Source of the DNA: an uncultured Acidobacteriaceae bacterium
GTDB lineage: Bacteria; Acidobacteriota; Terriglobia; Terriglobales; Acidobacteriaceae
Assembly: GCA_963765825.1 (NCBI GenBank)
Contig: CAVXXU010000001.1
Span: forward strand, 26,801-90,800
DNA: 64,000 nucleotides
Reading direction: 5' to 3'
The notes under the pieces were generated by a model. It was not told the DNA's origin, made no database searches, and saw only the letters and a list, made by a program, of their open reading frames with translations. This document shows positions 35,125 to 44,647 of this stretch, one piece after another. Position numbers and translations under genes: made by a program. Position 1 is the first letter of the stretch, and each line of letters opens with the position of its first letter.

Positions 35125-36234
35125 TCAAAACGAAGCGCCGGGTTGAATCATGATCTTCATCGAGGAGGGCTGGGGATGGGCGGCCAGATCCAGGGCTTGC
35201 GGAGCTTGCGCAAGCGGGAAGCGATGACTGACCAACCGTTCCAGATCCATCTCTCGGTTCATAACAAAACGCACCGACTCTTCTTGCAAATCGACCGATG
35301 CACTGTAAGACCCGACCAGGGTTTTTTCATCGACGCAAATAGCCGCGGGATCGATGACCGCCTCCCCGTGCTGGGTTTGCGCGAAAAGCAATACCCGACC
35401 GCCGGGTCGGGACGCATCCATCGCAGTGCGAATCAGAGAATTGCCGCCCACTGCAAGAATGACCGCGTCGGCGCCACGCCCCTGGGTCAACTCACGGACA
35501 CGCTCGACCACATTTGTCTGTGAAGCATCAATTGTAAGGTCTAAACCCAAGCTTGCCCCTATTTTAAGCCTCTCAGGATACAAATCGGAAGTAATTAAGG
35601 TGGCCCCGGCACGGCGGGCCAGCACGCTCAATATGATGCCGATGGGGCCCTGGCCGATGGCTAGAACGGTCTCATCCTTACGCAGGCGGAGGGCCTCGAT
35701 TCCTTTCATGCAAGTGTTGACGGGCTCGACGAAACAGGCTTGCTCGAAGGAAACGCCCTCGGGAATGTGGACGGTGCCGTGTTCGACGATCCAATCCATG
35801 ACCCGGACGTATTCGGCGAAGCCGCCGCCGGAGGGCTCGAATCCGGCGGTGACGCCGACTTTCTTATAAGTGGCGCACTGCGCGAAAGTTTTGTTCTGGC
35901 AATAGAAACATTCGCGGCAAGGGATGTGATGGAAGACCACCACGCGATCGCGGGGGTGATAGTTGTGAACGTCCTGGCCAACGGCGGCGACGGTGCCGGA
36001 AGTTTCGTGCCCGAAGATGCGTGGGGCGGAATGGGAGCCGGTGGAAATTTTTTTGAGATCGGTGCCGCAGACGCCGCAGGAGTGAACCCGCACAAGAATC
36101 TCTTTGGGGCCGATTTTGGGGACGGGAACGGTTTCGGTGCGGACGTCGTTGACGCCGTGGTAGACGGCGGCGAGCATGGTCGCAGGGACCGAGCGTGCGT
36201 CCATTTCGAGCGCAAACTGTCCGGCTATTGCCAT
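35125..36234 (-). CDS. zinc-dependent MDR alcohol/polyol dehydrogenase (second paralogue)
   Basis: 369 aa. CGVCGTDLKK, GHETSGTVAAVG, CRECFYCQNKTFAQC. The exact start is uncertain. Confidence 0.85.
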   Translation of the reverse strand: MAIAGQFALEMDARSVPATMLAAVYHGVNDVRTETVPVPKIGPKEILVRVHSCGVCGTDLKKISTGSHSAPRIFGHETSGTVAAVGQDVHNYHPRDRVVVFHHIPCRECFYCQNKTFAQCATYKKVGVTAGFEPSGGGFAEYVRVMDWIVEHGTVHIPEGVSFEQACFVEPVNTCMKGIEALRLRKDETVLAIGQGPIGIILSVLARRAGATLITSDLYPERLKIGASLGLDLTIDASQTNVVERVRELTQGRGADAVILAVGGNSLIRTAMDASRPGGRVLLFAQTQHGEAVIDPAAICVDEKTLVGSYSASVDLQEESVRFVMNREMDLERLVSHRFPLAQAPQALDLAAHPQPSSMKIMIQPGASF

Positions 36235-36559
36235 TGGGTCTTATTTTAGATGATGCGGGCGAGGAGTTTGGTTCAAATCGAGGGCGCGGGTGGACTGATG
36301 GTAACTGGGGTTTCTAGCGGGTGCGGTGGCGTACAAATCGGGGTTTGGGAGTTTTATGAGCCGAGGGCGAAGACGCCCCTTCGACAAGCTCAGGGCGAGC
36401 TCTCGGGACAGCCGGCAGGGTGCCGGCGCTACTCTTATGGTGTGCTGTCTGGGAGCGTGCTGGGCGAGCGGGCCGATGTTGTCAATGGCGCTGCGCCTCA
36501 CGGACTTGCGAGGCGTTTCATGCTATGCTGCGCAAAACTTTTGGATTCCGGGAGTGGCC

Positions 36560-38332
36560 GTGCTGATTGAAATGCGGCTGGAAAATTACGCGGTGATCGA
36601 CAACTTGGTGGTGGAGTTCGGGCAGGGGTTGAACCTGCTGACGGGCGAGACCGGAGCGGGGAAGTCGATCCTGGTGGACGCGCTGGCGCTGCTGTTGGGC
36701 GATAAGGCGTCGAGCGACGTGATTCGCATGGGCGCGGAGCGGGCCATGGTGTCGGCGGTGTTTGAGGCTGAATGCGCGGCGGAGAAGCCGCTCGCGCGGA
36801 TTCTGGAAGCGAATGGGTTGGATGAGTCGGACGACGGGTCTTTGATTTTGCGTCGGGAGATTGCGGCGTGTGGCAAGGGACGAGTGTTCGTGAACAACCA
36901 GCCGGCGACTGTCGCGGTGTTGCGGCTGCTGGCGCCGTTTCTGGCGACGGTCCACGCGCAGAATGAATCGCTCGCATCTTTCGACGGCCCGGCGCGGCTG
37001 GGGCTGCTGGACGCGTTTGCGGGAAGTCAACTCGACGCGATAGAGAGTGGGTTCGCGGCGTGGAAGGAAATTCGCAACCGCATCGACGAACTGGAGCGCG
37101 GAGAGCAGGACCGGCTGCGGCTGGTCGATTTATGGATTTTCCAAAAGAAAGAGATTGAAGAGGCGCGGCCACAGAGCGGAGAAGACGAGGGGCTGGAGAC
37201 GGAGAAGCGCGTTCTGGCGAATGCGGAGAAAATTTATAACGCAGCGATGAACGCGTTTGATTTGCTGTATGAGGGGAATGGTTCGACGGCATCGACATTG
37301 CGAGCGGCGCAGAAGCAGGTGGAGGAGTTGGTTCGGTACGAGCCCAAGTTTCAGGAGGCGCTGGCGGCGCTGGAGACGGCGCGGATCAGCGTGGAAGACG
37401 TGGGCGCGACGGTGCGCGATTATGCGGGAGGGATTCATGCTTCGCCGGAACACCTGGCGCAGGTGGAAGATCGGCTGGCGCTGCTGGAGCGGTTGAAGCG
37501 GAAGTATGGGCCGCGCCTGGATGAGGTGATCGCGTTCGGGGAGGAGGTGACGCGCAAATTGTCGGAGGTCGAGAACAAAGATGAGATTCTGCGCGGGCTG
37601 CGGAGTGAACTGGCGAAGGCTGCGGGGGAGTATTTGCGAGCGGCGCGAGCACTGTCGAAGAAACGGGCGGAGGCGGCACGGCGGCTGGAGAAGTTGGTAG
37701 AGGCCGAGATCAACGATCTGGCGATGAAGTCGGCATTTCGGATTGAGATGACGAGTTCGGACGAGCAAGGGAACTGGACGGGGTCGGGAATCGACCAAGT
37801 TGTATATATGATTTCGACGAATCCGGGGGAGCCGTTGCGGCAATTGGAACATATCGCGTCGGGTGGAGAGTTGTCGCGGGTGATGCTGGCGCTGAAAGCG
37901 AGTGTAGAGGCGGGCAAAAGGCCCGCTCCTAGCAAAGACCGCGAAAAATGGGTCAGCCAGGAAAAAGTCAAAATCCCCGCCCTGTCTCTGCAAAAGACGC
38001 AGAGACAAGGACGGGGCACCCAGAGGACTTTGGTTTTTGACGAGATCGATACTGGGATTGGGGGGCGGGCGGCGGAGGCGGTGGGGAAGAAGTTGAAGTC
38101 GCTGGCACGATCGAACCAGGTGTTGTGCGTGACGCATTTGCCGCAGATCGCTACTTTCGGGGATCATCACTACGTGATTGAGAAGAAGGAATCCGGAGGA
38201 CGGACGCGGACGAGTATTCGCCGGGTGACGGGCGAGGAACGAACGGAAGAAGTGGCGCGCATGTTAAGTGGGGCGAAGCTCACCGAGACTTCGCGCAAGC
38301 ATGCGGAGCAGATGATCAAGACTAACGGGTGA
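36560..38332 (+). CDS. recN: DNA repair protein RecN with ~35-aa in-frame insertion before the Walker B region
   Basis: Walker A LTGETGAGKS. SMC signature SGGELSRVMLALK. Walker B LVFDEIDTGIGG. GTG 36560 gives MLIEMRLENYAVID, a typical RecN N-terminus; the upstream part of ORF 36326.. overlaps a REP-like element. Confidence 0.9.
   Translation: MLIEMRLENYAVIDNLVVEFGQGLNLLTGETGAGKSILVDALALLLGDKASSDVIRMGAERAMVSAVFEAECAAEKPLARILEANGLDESDDGSLILRREIAACGKGRVFVNNQPATVAVLRLLAPFLATVHAQNESLASFDGPARLGLLDAFAGSQLDAIESGFAAWKEIRNRIDELERGEQDRLRLVDLWIFQKKEIEEARPQSGEDEGLETEKRVLANAEKIYNAAMNAFDLLYEGNGSTASTLRAAQKQVEELVRYEPKFQEALAALETARISVEDVGATVRDYAGGIHASPEHLAQVEDRLALLERLKRKYGPRLDEVIAFGEEVTRKLSEVENKDEILRGLRSELAKAAGEYLRAARALSKKRAEAARRLEKLVEAEINDLAMKSAFRIEMTSSDEQGNWTGSGIDQVVYMISTNPGEPLRQLEHIASGGELSRVMLALKASVEAGKRPAPSKDREKWVSQEKVKIPALSLQKTQRQGRGTQRTLVFDEIDTGIGGRAAEAVGKKLKSLARSNQVLCVTHLPQIATFGDHHYVIEKKESGGRTRTSIRRVTGEERTEEVARMLSGAKLTETSRKHAEQMIKTNG
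37969..38021. repeat. palindromic element family P (copy 3), in frame inside recN
   Basis: caaaatccccgccctgtctctgcaaaagacgcagagacaaggacggggcaccc. Confidence 0.85.
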
Positions 38333-38362
38333 CATTGCCGGGTGAGCCTAGCGGGTCAGAGC

Positions 38363-39151
38363 TTAACGGGTGATGACCAGCACGCGGTCGGAGCGGCTCT
38401 CGGCCAGGGTAATTTTCTCGGAGCTGTCGGCAATCCGGATGCTGAAGTTGACGACGATGTTGGCCATGGTTTCGACCGGCCGGCCTTCCTGCAAGATCGG
38501 CTTGAAGTGCCATTCGCGCACGGCCTGCTGGGCGGCGGCGGCCAGGATCGCGGGGCCGCTGAGTACGTGAAGATCCTGAATAATCCCATCCGCACCGATC
38601 AGAGCTTTCAAAACGACCGAACCCTGCACATTCATGTGCTGCGCCAGCGGCGGATAGGTGGCTTGCTGGACGGCATCGGAGGAAATGGGCTCGCGGCCGA
38701 CGGCGTTGGTCAGGGCGTTGGTGCCGGCGTTGGGAGCGGGATTCGTCATTTGGACAGTCGCGGGCTGATTGGCGGTACGAACCGCATGGCGCGCGTTTCC
38801 GGCTACGATTTCAACGCTCAGCGGAGGCAGAACGGTGCGAGTCGTGGCGACGACGGGTGAGTTCGCGGCTTTGGGAGCGGCGGACTTGACGGCCTGCTTC
38901 TTCGCTGCGGGTGCAGGTTGTTGACGAGTCGGAATTGGCTGCGCGGCTGGCGTGGCGGCGGTTTCGGTTCCGTCTGAATCCAGGATGAGTTGGTTGGAGC
39001 CGAACCAGAACTGGCGATCAGTCACGATCACGACGGCGATGGCTGCGATCAGGATAACGAGCGCGAGCAGGAGACGCTGGGATTGCCGGTTTTTTTGAGC
39101 CAGCCGGTCCTCCGAGGTTTCGATCGCCGGTCTGGGTTTCATTTCCTGCAT
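38363..39151 (-). CDS. TonB-family energy transducer
   Basis: N-terminal TM helix (LLLALVILIAAIAVVIV), Pro/Ala-rich spacer, TonB C-terminal domain (QGSVVLKALIGADGIIQDLHVLSGP...). ATG 39151 preferred over 39262. Confidence 0.75.
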   Translation of the reverse strand: MQEMKPRPAIETSEDRLAQKNRQSQRLLLALVILIAAIAVVIVTDRQFWFGSNQLILDSDGTETAATPAAQPIPTRQQPAPAAKKQAVKSAAPKAANSPVVATTRTVLPPLSVEIVAGNARHAVRTANQPATVQMTNPAPNAGTNALTNAVGREPISSDAVQQATYPPLAQHMNVQGSVVLKALIGADGIIQDLHVLSGPAILAAAAQQAVREWHFKPILQEGRPVETMANIVVNFSIRIADSSEKITLAESRSDRVLVITR

Positions 39152-39346
39152 TGGCTCTAACCTGAAAGTCTGAGCAACAACATCTGTATGTTGCGCGAAA
39201 TGGCTTGCACCCGCAATGGCACGCGGAGGGGGGATGGGGGCACGTCCGGGCCATATGGGCATGGGCCAAGACTTTGTGTTTGCGGAGGAGTGTGGGTGTG
39301 ATTGAGATCACTGCTTGTTGCGGTCGGCAGCGATATATCCAGAAGA

Positions 39347-40135
39347 ATGAAGACACAGAGCCCGAAGAATCGAATGGCGTGGCTGCAAGGACCAGCGCTG
39401 CGCTGCGACGGGGTGCCGGAGAATTCCGAGACACCCTGGAGACTGGTGCTGCTGGGAGCGCCGGGCGTGGGCAAGGGCACGCAAGCCGACCTGCTCAATC
39501 AGCGGATGGGTGCCTGCCATCTGTCCACGGGGGATATTTTCCGCGCGGCAGGCAGCCAGAACGATTGCATGCAGAGTGCCGCGATCAAGCAGGCGCTGGA
39601 GTACATGCGGCGGGGCGCGCTGGTGCCGGACGCGACGGTGTGGGAGATGATGCGGGAACGAATCATGTGTTTGAAGTGCGATGGGGGATTCATTCTGGAC
39701 GGGTTTCCGCGGACGGTGGGGCAGGCGGAGTCGCTCAAGCAGTTGATGGACAGCGAAGGGATGGGGCTGACGGCGGTGGTCAGCTACGCGCTGCCGTTTG
39801 AGGAGATCGTGGCGCGGCTGGGCGGCAGGCGGACGTGTGAGAAGTGTAAGGCGGTATATCACGTGACTGAGCGGCCGCCGCTGGTTGCGGATCGCTGCGA
39901 CCGGTGTGAGGGCAAGCTATTTCAGCGGGAGGACGACCGCCCGGAGTCGATCAAGGTACGACTGCAGACATATGAGACGTGTACGGCGCCCCTAATTGAG
40001 TTTTATAAGAAACTTTGTTTGTTGATCGAGGTGGAGGCGAAGGGGTCGCCCGAGGAAATTTGCAATCGCACCATGGCGAAAGTTCAGGAGCATTACAGCC
40101 GGCGGCTGGGCCCGGTCGCGGCTTTCGACGAATAG
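39347..40135 (+). CDS. adk: adenylate kinase (Cys4 zinc-lid type) with N-terminal extension
   Basis: P-loop LLGAPGVGKGTQ. Lid CEKCKAVYH...CDRCEGKL. Start uncertain (TTG 39302, ATG 39347 or ATG 39374). Confidence 0.85.
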   Translation: MKTQSPKNRMAWLQGPALRCDGVPENSETPWRLVLLGAPGVGKGTQADLLNQRMGACHLSTGDIFRAAGSQNDCMQSAAIKQALEYMRRGALVPDATVWEMMRERIMCLKCDGGFILDGFPRTVGQAESLKQLMDSEGMGLTAVVSYALPFEEIVARLGGRRTCEKCKAVYHVTERPPLVADRCDRCEGKLFQREDDRPESIKVRLQTYETCTAPLIEFYKKLCLLIEVEAKGSPEEICNRTMAKVQEHYSRRLGPVAAFDE

Positions 40136-40366
40136 CTTTTGAGGCTTATCCATTCAAGGGCTAAATTTCCCTATTCACTGCTAATCCCCGCGCTTTCTGT
40201 GGCTTACGTTGACCACGGGGGTACTTTCCCGTAATTTAATAGTTATCGCCACAATGGGGATCGTGTACCCTGAGGGTAGGGTTTGTGGCGGCTTTTGAGA
40301 CTGGGAAAGCAGATTCCTCGCTGCGCTCGGAAACGAAAATTCGATGGTTGACCGCGCGGAGCCGTT

Positions 40367-41377
40367 GTGGAATTTGGGGAGAAATCTGACATCGTGGCTG
40401 GAATTCTAGGGAAGACTGACGGCAAGACTTTACTGTTGCTGAAGCCGAGAGGTTTCTGCGCGGGCGTAGTGCGGGCGATCGACGTGGTACGCATTGCGCT
40501 GGAGGCGTTTGGGCCGCCGATTTATGTGCGCAAGGAAATCGTGCATAACAGCTTTGTCGTGGAAGAACTGCGCGGCAAGGGGGCGATTTTCGTCGACAGC
40601 GAGGACGAGGTGCCCAACGGCGAACGCATCATTTACAGCGCGCACGGGGTTTCGCCTGACGTGCGCGAACACAGCGCGCGGCGCGGGTTGCGGGTGATTG
40701 ATGCGACCTGTCCACTGGTCACCAAGGTGCACGTGGAAGCCGTGAAGTTTGCCAAGGAAGGATTTTCGCTGATCCTGATTGGGCATAAGGATCACGACGA
40801 GGTGGTGGGGACGCTGGGCGAGGCGCCGCTGGTGACGCAGGTTGTGGGGTCGCCGGAGCAGGTAAAGTCGCTGAGCGTGCCGGACCCGGATCGCGTAGCG
40901 TACCTGACACAGACGACGCTGAGCCTGGATGAGACCAAGGACATTATTGCGGCGCTGAAACAGAAGTTTCCCAATATCACGGGGCCGGCGGCGCAGGATA
41001 TTTGTTACGCCACGGAGAATCGGCAGGTCGCGGTGAAGCAGGTGGCATCGGAGGCCGACTTACTACTGGTGGTGGGATCGGAAAACAGTTCGAACTCCAA
41101 CCGGTTGGTGGAAGTGGCGCGCAACCTGGGCACGAACGCGCACTTGATCGATAGCTGCAACGATATTGAGCCGGAGTGGTTGAAGGGCGTGAAGACGATC
41201 GCGCTGACGGCCGGGGCTTCGGCGCCGGAATGCCTGGTGGAAGAGACGGTGACGTTCCTGCGGAACAAGGGATTCGACAACTTGCAGGAGTTGGAAGTCA
41301 TGCCGGAGAACGTGCGCTTTGGGCTGCCGCCGGAGATTGTGAGCGCGATCGCGGCGGCTCCGGTGAGCGCGAATTAG
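40367..41377 (+). CDS. ispH: 4-hydroxy-3-methylbut-2-enyl diphosphate reductase
   Basis: 336 aa. PRGFCAGVVRAIDVV (first cluster Cys) and the typical LytB repeat architecture. GTG start. Confidence 0.9.
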   Translation: MEFGEKSDIVAGILGKTDGKTLLLLKPRGFCAGVVRAIDVVRIALEAFGPPIYVRKEIVHNSFVVEELRGKGAIFVDSEDEVPNGERIIYSAHGVSPDVREHSARRGLRVIDATCPLVTKVHVEAVKFAKEGFSLILIGHKDHDEVVGTLGEAPLVTQVVGSPEQVKSLSVPDPDRVAYLTQTTLSLDETKDIIAALKQKFPNITGPAAQDICYATENRQVAVKQVASEADLLLVVGSENSSNSNRLVEVARNLGTNAHLIDSCNDIEPEWLKGVKTIALTAGASAPECLVEETVTFLRNKGFDNLQELEVMPENVRFGLPPEIVSAIAAAPVSAN

Positions 41378-41468
41378 AACGTAGAGACGTTGCTTGCAAC
41401 GTCTCTGCCAGCGGCAAGACGTAGCCAGCTACGTCTCTACGGCAAGCGTTACGAATAGGTGACATTAG

Positions 41469-43451
41469 ATGGATACAAACTCCCCCGAGTCCAATGCAAC
41501 TTCCGCACCTTTAGGTTCGAGTCCGCAGCTTCGCTTCGGGAAAATTGAGGACCTGGGCAGCCGCGTGGGCGCGGCGATTGCGGCTGCGCGCAAGTTTCTT
41601 TTTTCGCAGCAGCATGAAGACGGGTACTGGTGCGGGGAACTCGAAGCGGACACGACTCTGGAGTCGGATTACATTCTGCTCCACACCTTGCTCGGGACAG
41701 GGAACCAGGAGCGGTTTCAGAAGGCGGCGAACTGGATTCTGCGGCACCAGAACGAAGACGGTGGGTGGAGCATTTACGCGGCCGGGCCCTCGAACATCAG
41801 TGCGTCGGTAAAGGCTTATTTCGGGTTGAAGCTGGCGGGGTACGCGGCGGATCATGCGGCATTGCAGCGGGCGCGCAAAAAAATCCTGGAGATGGGCGGC
41901 GTCACCGAAGTTAATACATTCACCAAGATCTATCTATGTTTCTTCGGGCAGTACGATTACGACGCGGTTCCAGCGATTCCGCCGGAGATCGTGCTGTTTC
42001 CGAACTGGTTCTGGTTCAACATCTACGAGATTTCTTCGTGGTCGCGGGCCATCCTGGTGCCGCTGTCAATCTGCTACGCGAAAAAGCCGTTTAAGAAAAT
42101 TCCGCGCGAGATGGGCGTGGAAGAATTGTTTGTTGGCGGAATGCAGAAGTCGCGCATGCACCTGCAGTGGGCGAAGAAAATCGTCTCGTGGCGCAATTTC
42201 TTTCTGGTGCTCGATCGCATGACGCATTGGCTGGAGCGCGTGCACGTGCGTCCGCTGCGGTCCATCGCTTTGAAAAGCGCAGAGCGGTGGATGCTGGAGC
42301 GCTTCGAGATGAGTGATGGGCTGGGCGCGATTTATCCGTCAATGATGAACGCGATCATTGCGCTGCGCTGCCTGGGATATTCGCTGGACGATCCGCAGGT
42401 GATTCGCGCGATGGACGAGTTCGAGAAGCTGGGGATCGAAGAGGAAGACACGTTCCGCATGCAGCCCTGCATGTCGCCGGTGTGGGATACGGCGTACGCG
42501 CTGTTTGCGTTGGGAGAGGCGGGAGTACCGGCGAACGATCCGCGGATGGTGAAGAGCGCGGATTGGATTCTACAGAAGCAGGTTCGCAATCCGGGCGACT
42601 GGCAGGTCAAGAATAAAGCGGGCAAGCCGGGCGGATGGTATTTCGAGTTTAACAATGAGTTCTATCCCGACGTGGATGACAGCGCGATGGTGTGCCTGGG
42701 ACTGAGCCGGGTGGAACACCCTAATGGCCGCTACCAGCGCGAGTCGGTGCAGCGCGCGATCGACTGGATTTTCTCAATGCAGTGTAAGAACGGCGGCTGG
42801 GCGTCGTTTGACAAAGACAATGACAAGATGGTGTTCCAGTACATTCCGTTTGCCGATCACAACGCGATGCTTGATCCGCCGACCGTGGACATTACGGGAC
42901 GCATTCTGGAGATGCTGGCGACCTATGGATATGACAAGAATCATCCGGCGGTGAAGCGGGCGATCACCTTTATCAGAGAAGAACAGGAGCCGGACGGAAG
43001 CTGGTTCGGACGCTGGGGCGTGAACTACATTTACGGCACGGCGCTGGTGTTGCGCGGTTTGGACGCGATTGGCATGGACCTGCACGAGCCGTGCGTGCAA
43101 CAGGGCGCGGAGTGGCTGCGCATGGTGCAGAACGCCGACGGTGGCTGGGGCGAGACCGTGGGGTCATACGATGATCCGAACCTGCGCGGGCAGGGCGAGA
43201 GTACGCCTTCGCAGACTGCGTGGGCGATCCTGGGATTGCTGGCGGCCAATGATATTCGCAGCGACTCGGTGGCGCGCGGAGTGGCCTATCTGCTGCGCAC
43301 GCAGAGGAAAGATGGATCGTGGGATGAGCCGTTCTTTACGGGCACCGGATTTCCACGCGTGTTTTATCTGATGTACCACCTTTATCGCGATTACTTCCCG
43401 CTGCTGGCGCTGACTACCTACGGCAAGATGATGGAGAAGGCGGCAAGCTAA
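41469..43451 (+). CDS. shc: squalene-hopene cyclase
   Basis: 660 aa. DxDD motif in FYPDVDDSAMV. Multiple QW repeats (QNEDGGWS, QCKNGGWA, QNADGGWG, QRKDGSWD). Confidence 0.95.
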   Translation: MDTNSPESNATSAPLGSSPQLRFGKIEDLGSRVGAAIAAARKFLFSQQHEDGYWCGELEADTTLESDYILLHTLLGTGNQERFQKAANWILRHQNEDGGWSIYAAGPSNISASVKAYFGLKLAGYAADHAALQRARKKILEMGGVTEVNTFTKIYLCFFGQYDYDAVPAIPPEIVLFPNWFWFNIYEISSWSRAILVPLSICYAKKPFKKIPREMGVEELFVGGMQKSRMHLQWAKKIVSWRNFFLVLDRMTHWLERVHVRPLRSIALKSAERWMLERFEMSDGLGAIYPSMMNAIIALRCLGYSLDDPQVIRAMDEFEKLGIEEEDTFRMQPCMSPVWDTAYALFALGEAGVPANDPRMVKSADWILQKQVRNPGDWQVKNKAGKPGGWYFEFNNEFYPDVDDSAMVCLGLSRVEHPNGRYQRESVQRAIDWIFSMQCKNGGWASFDKDNDKMVFQYIPFADHNAMLDPPTVDITGRILEMLATYGYDKNHPAVKRAITFIREEQEPDGSWFGRWGVNYIYGTALVLRGLDAIGMDLHEPCVQQGAEWLRMVQNADGGWGETVGSYDDPNLRGQGESTPSQTAWAILGLLAANDIRSDSVARGVAYLLRTQRKDGSWDEPFFTGTGFPRVFYLMYHLYRDYFPLLALTTYGKMMEKAAS

Positions 43452-43583
43452 CTGGCGGCTTCAACCGGGTCGCCATTGCAGCTCGCCGTGGGCCACACCC
43501 GGGTCAGCGAGTGTAACGCGATTTTACATTAGCAATCGCCTCCGGCTTCCCGCTCTTGAAGCGATAGGACTATACTTGGCCCG

Positions 43584-43994
43584 ATGATTCCTCTTCCCAA
43601 GCCGCGGGGTTTTTGGGACTACGCGCTTTCTGCATTGGTGATGACAGGGCTGTTGTCGCTCTTATTTTGGTTGGAGGCGAGTGATGGTGTTCATTGGGTT
43701 GACGCCGTAGTTGCATTTGTGTCAGCCGTGTTGTCGGTTTTCGGCATTATCCTTGCTCGCCGGGCAGAGAAGGCAAGCTGGATAGAACAGCCGACTTGGC
43801 GCGTGTATTTGATCGCCGCTCCCGGGGCTTTTGCAATGATGTTCGGAGCTATATACGCGGACGCCTACTTCTTCCATCGAAGGGACATCACTGCCAGACG
43901 ATTCTGGGATGACGTGGTCCTCGCCATATTATTGACAGCGGTGATGCTGTGGTCATCGCGAAGGCGACTTTCTACTCCGCGTCAGGTGTTATAA
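43584..43994 (+). CDS. small 4-TM membrane protein, unknown function
   Basis: 136 aa with four hydrophobic segments. Visibly lower GC than its neighbours. Confidence 0.5.
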   Translation: MIPLPKPRGFWDYALSALVMTGLLSLLFWLEASDGVHWVDAVVAFVSAVLSVFGIILARRAEKASWIEQPTWRVYLIAAPGAFAMMFGAIYADAYFFHRRDITARRFWDDVVLAILLTAVMLWSSRRRLSTPRQVL

Positions 43995-44100
43995 CCTTGC
44001 CGTTTCGCTCAAAACCCAGCGTCGCAGGCGAGAGTGGGCCCGCTTGCCGTCCCGTTCTTCCGACCCCTGCAGTTGTCCGAAATGTTTATACTGGTCCCGG

Positions 44101-44376
44101 ATGCAGTTCGAGTGGGATCTGCGCAAAGAGGTCTCGAACCGGCGTAAGCACGGCGTTGGGTTTCGGGAGGCCGCAACGGTCTTCGGTGATCCTCTGGCGA
44201 CGACTTTTCCAGATCCTGATCATTCAGCATTCGAAGAGCGTTTCCTTACCATTGGAGAATCGGCAAGTGGGCGAATACTGGTTGTGGCCCACGGCGAGAG
44301 TGGCGAGAATGTTCGAATCATCAGTGCGCGGCGAGTTGCGCGCCGCGAGAGGGAATTCTATGAAGAAGCCCGTTAG
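44101..44376 (+). CDS. brnT: BrnT-family (DUF497) type II toxin
   Basis: MQFEWDLRKEVSNRRKHGVGFREAATVFGDP...RIISARRVARREREFYEE, the typical BrnT pattern. ATG 44101 lies within the longer ORF 44044... Confidence 0.8.
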   Translation: MQFEWDLRKEVSNRRKHGVGFREAATVFGDPLATTFPDPDHSAFEERFLTIGESASGRILVVAHGESGENVRIISARRVARREREFYEEAR

Positions 44377-44647
44377 TCGCAGAAACCATGATGGGATGAG
44401 GTCTGAGTACGACTTCAACTCGATGAAGGGAGGAGTCCGGGGCAAACATTACCGGGATTATCGAAGCGGGACGAACGTCGTTCTGCTTCAGCCTGATGTT
44501 GCCGAGGCGTTTCCTACGGAGGATGCAGTAAACGAAGCTCTGCGGGGAGTACTCACTACAACGCGTGCCGTGCGCCGTACCGGAGGACTGCCTGACCGCG
44601 CGGTAGGGGCGACTCCGAACACGTCCAAACCCAACCGCCGCAAATAA
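44360..44647 (+). CDS. putative cognate antitoxin (BrnA-like position)
   Basis: 95-aa reading frame starting MKKPVSRRNHDGMRSEYDFNSMKGGVRGKHY. Overlaps the brnT end by 17 nt. The EYDF..KGG.RGK.Y motif is common in small antitoxins (from memory). Confidence 0.6.
   Translation: MKKPVSRRNHDGMRSEYDFNSMKGGVRGKHYRDYRSGTNVVLLQPDVAEAFPTEDAVNEALRGVLTTTRAVRRTGGLPDRAVGATPNTSKPNRRK

Noticed and set aside
36255-36300. tRNA-like T-loop string GGTTCAAATC.
   Set aside because: The flanking 5-nt segments are not complementary, so there is no T-stem. No acceptor or anticodon arms can be drawn. The region is a REP-containing divergent promoter region.
36326-36559. N-terminal 78 codons of the long recN ORF.
   Set aside because: The translation (MAYKSGFGSFMSRGRRRPFDKLRASSRDSRQGAGATLMVCC...) runs through a REP-like element. 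RecN-family similarity begins at GTG 36560.
36440-36560. Expected SOS (LexA) box upstream of recN.
   Set aside because: No CTGT-N8-ACAG, GAAC-N4-GTTC or other palindrome I could recognise. The LexA motif of this lineage is unknown to me, so absence cannot be concluded.
39302-40135. adk located away from the ribosomal-protein/secY operon, next to ispH-shc, as a possible functional link to hopanoid synthesis.
   Set aside because: Adenylate kinase is a housekeeping enzyme and I can state no mechanistic link. The placement may simply reflect genome rearrangement. This is noted only as context.
43949-44359. 5' two-thirds of the 232-aa ORF 43949..44647.
   Set aside because: It overlaps the end of the membrane-protein gene and all of brnT in another frame, and has non-protein-like composition. 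Only the 3' part from ATG 44360 is retained, as the antitoxin candidate.
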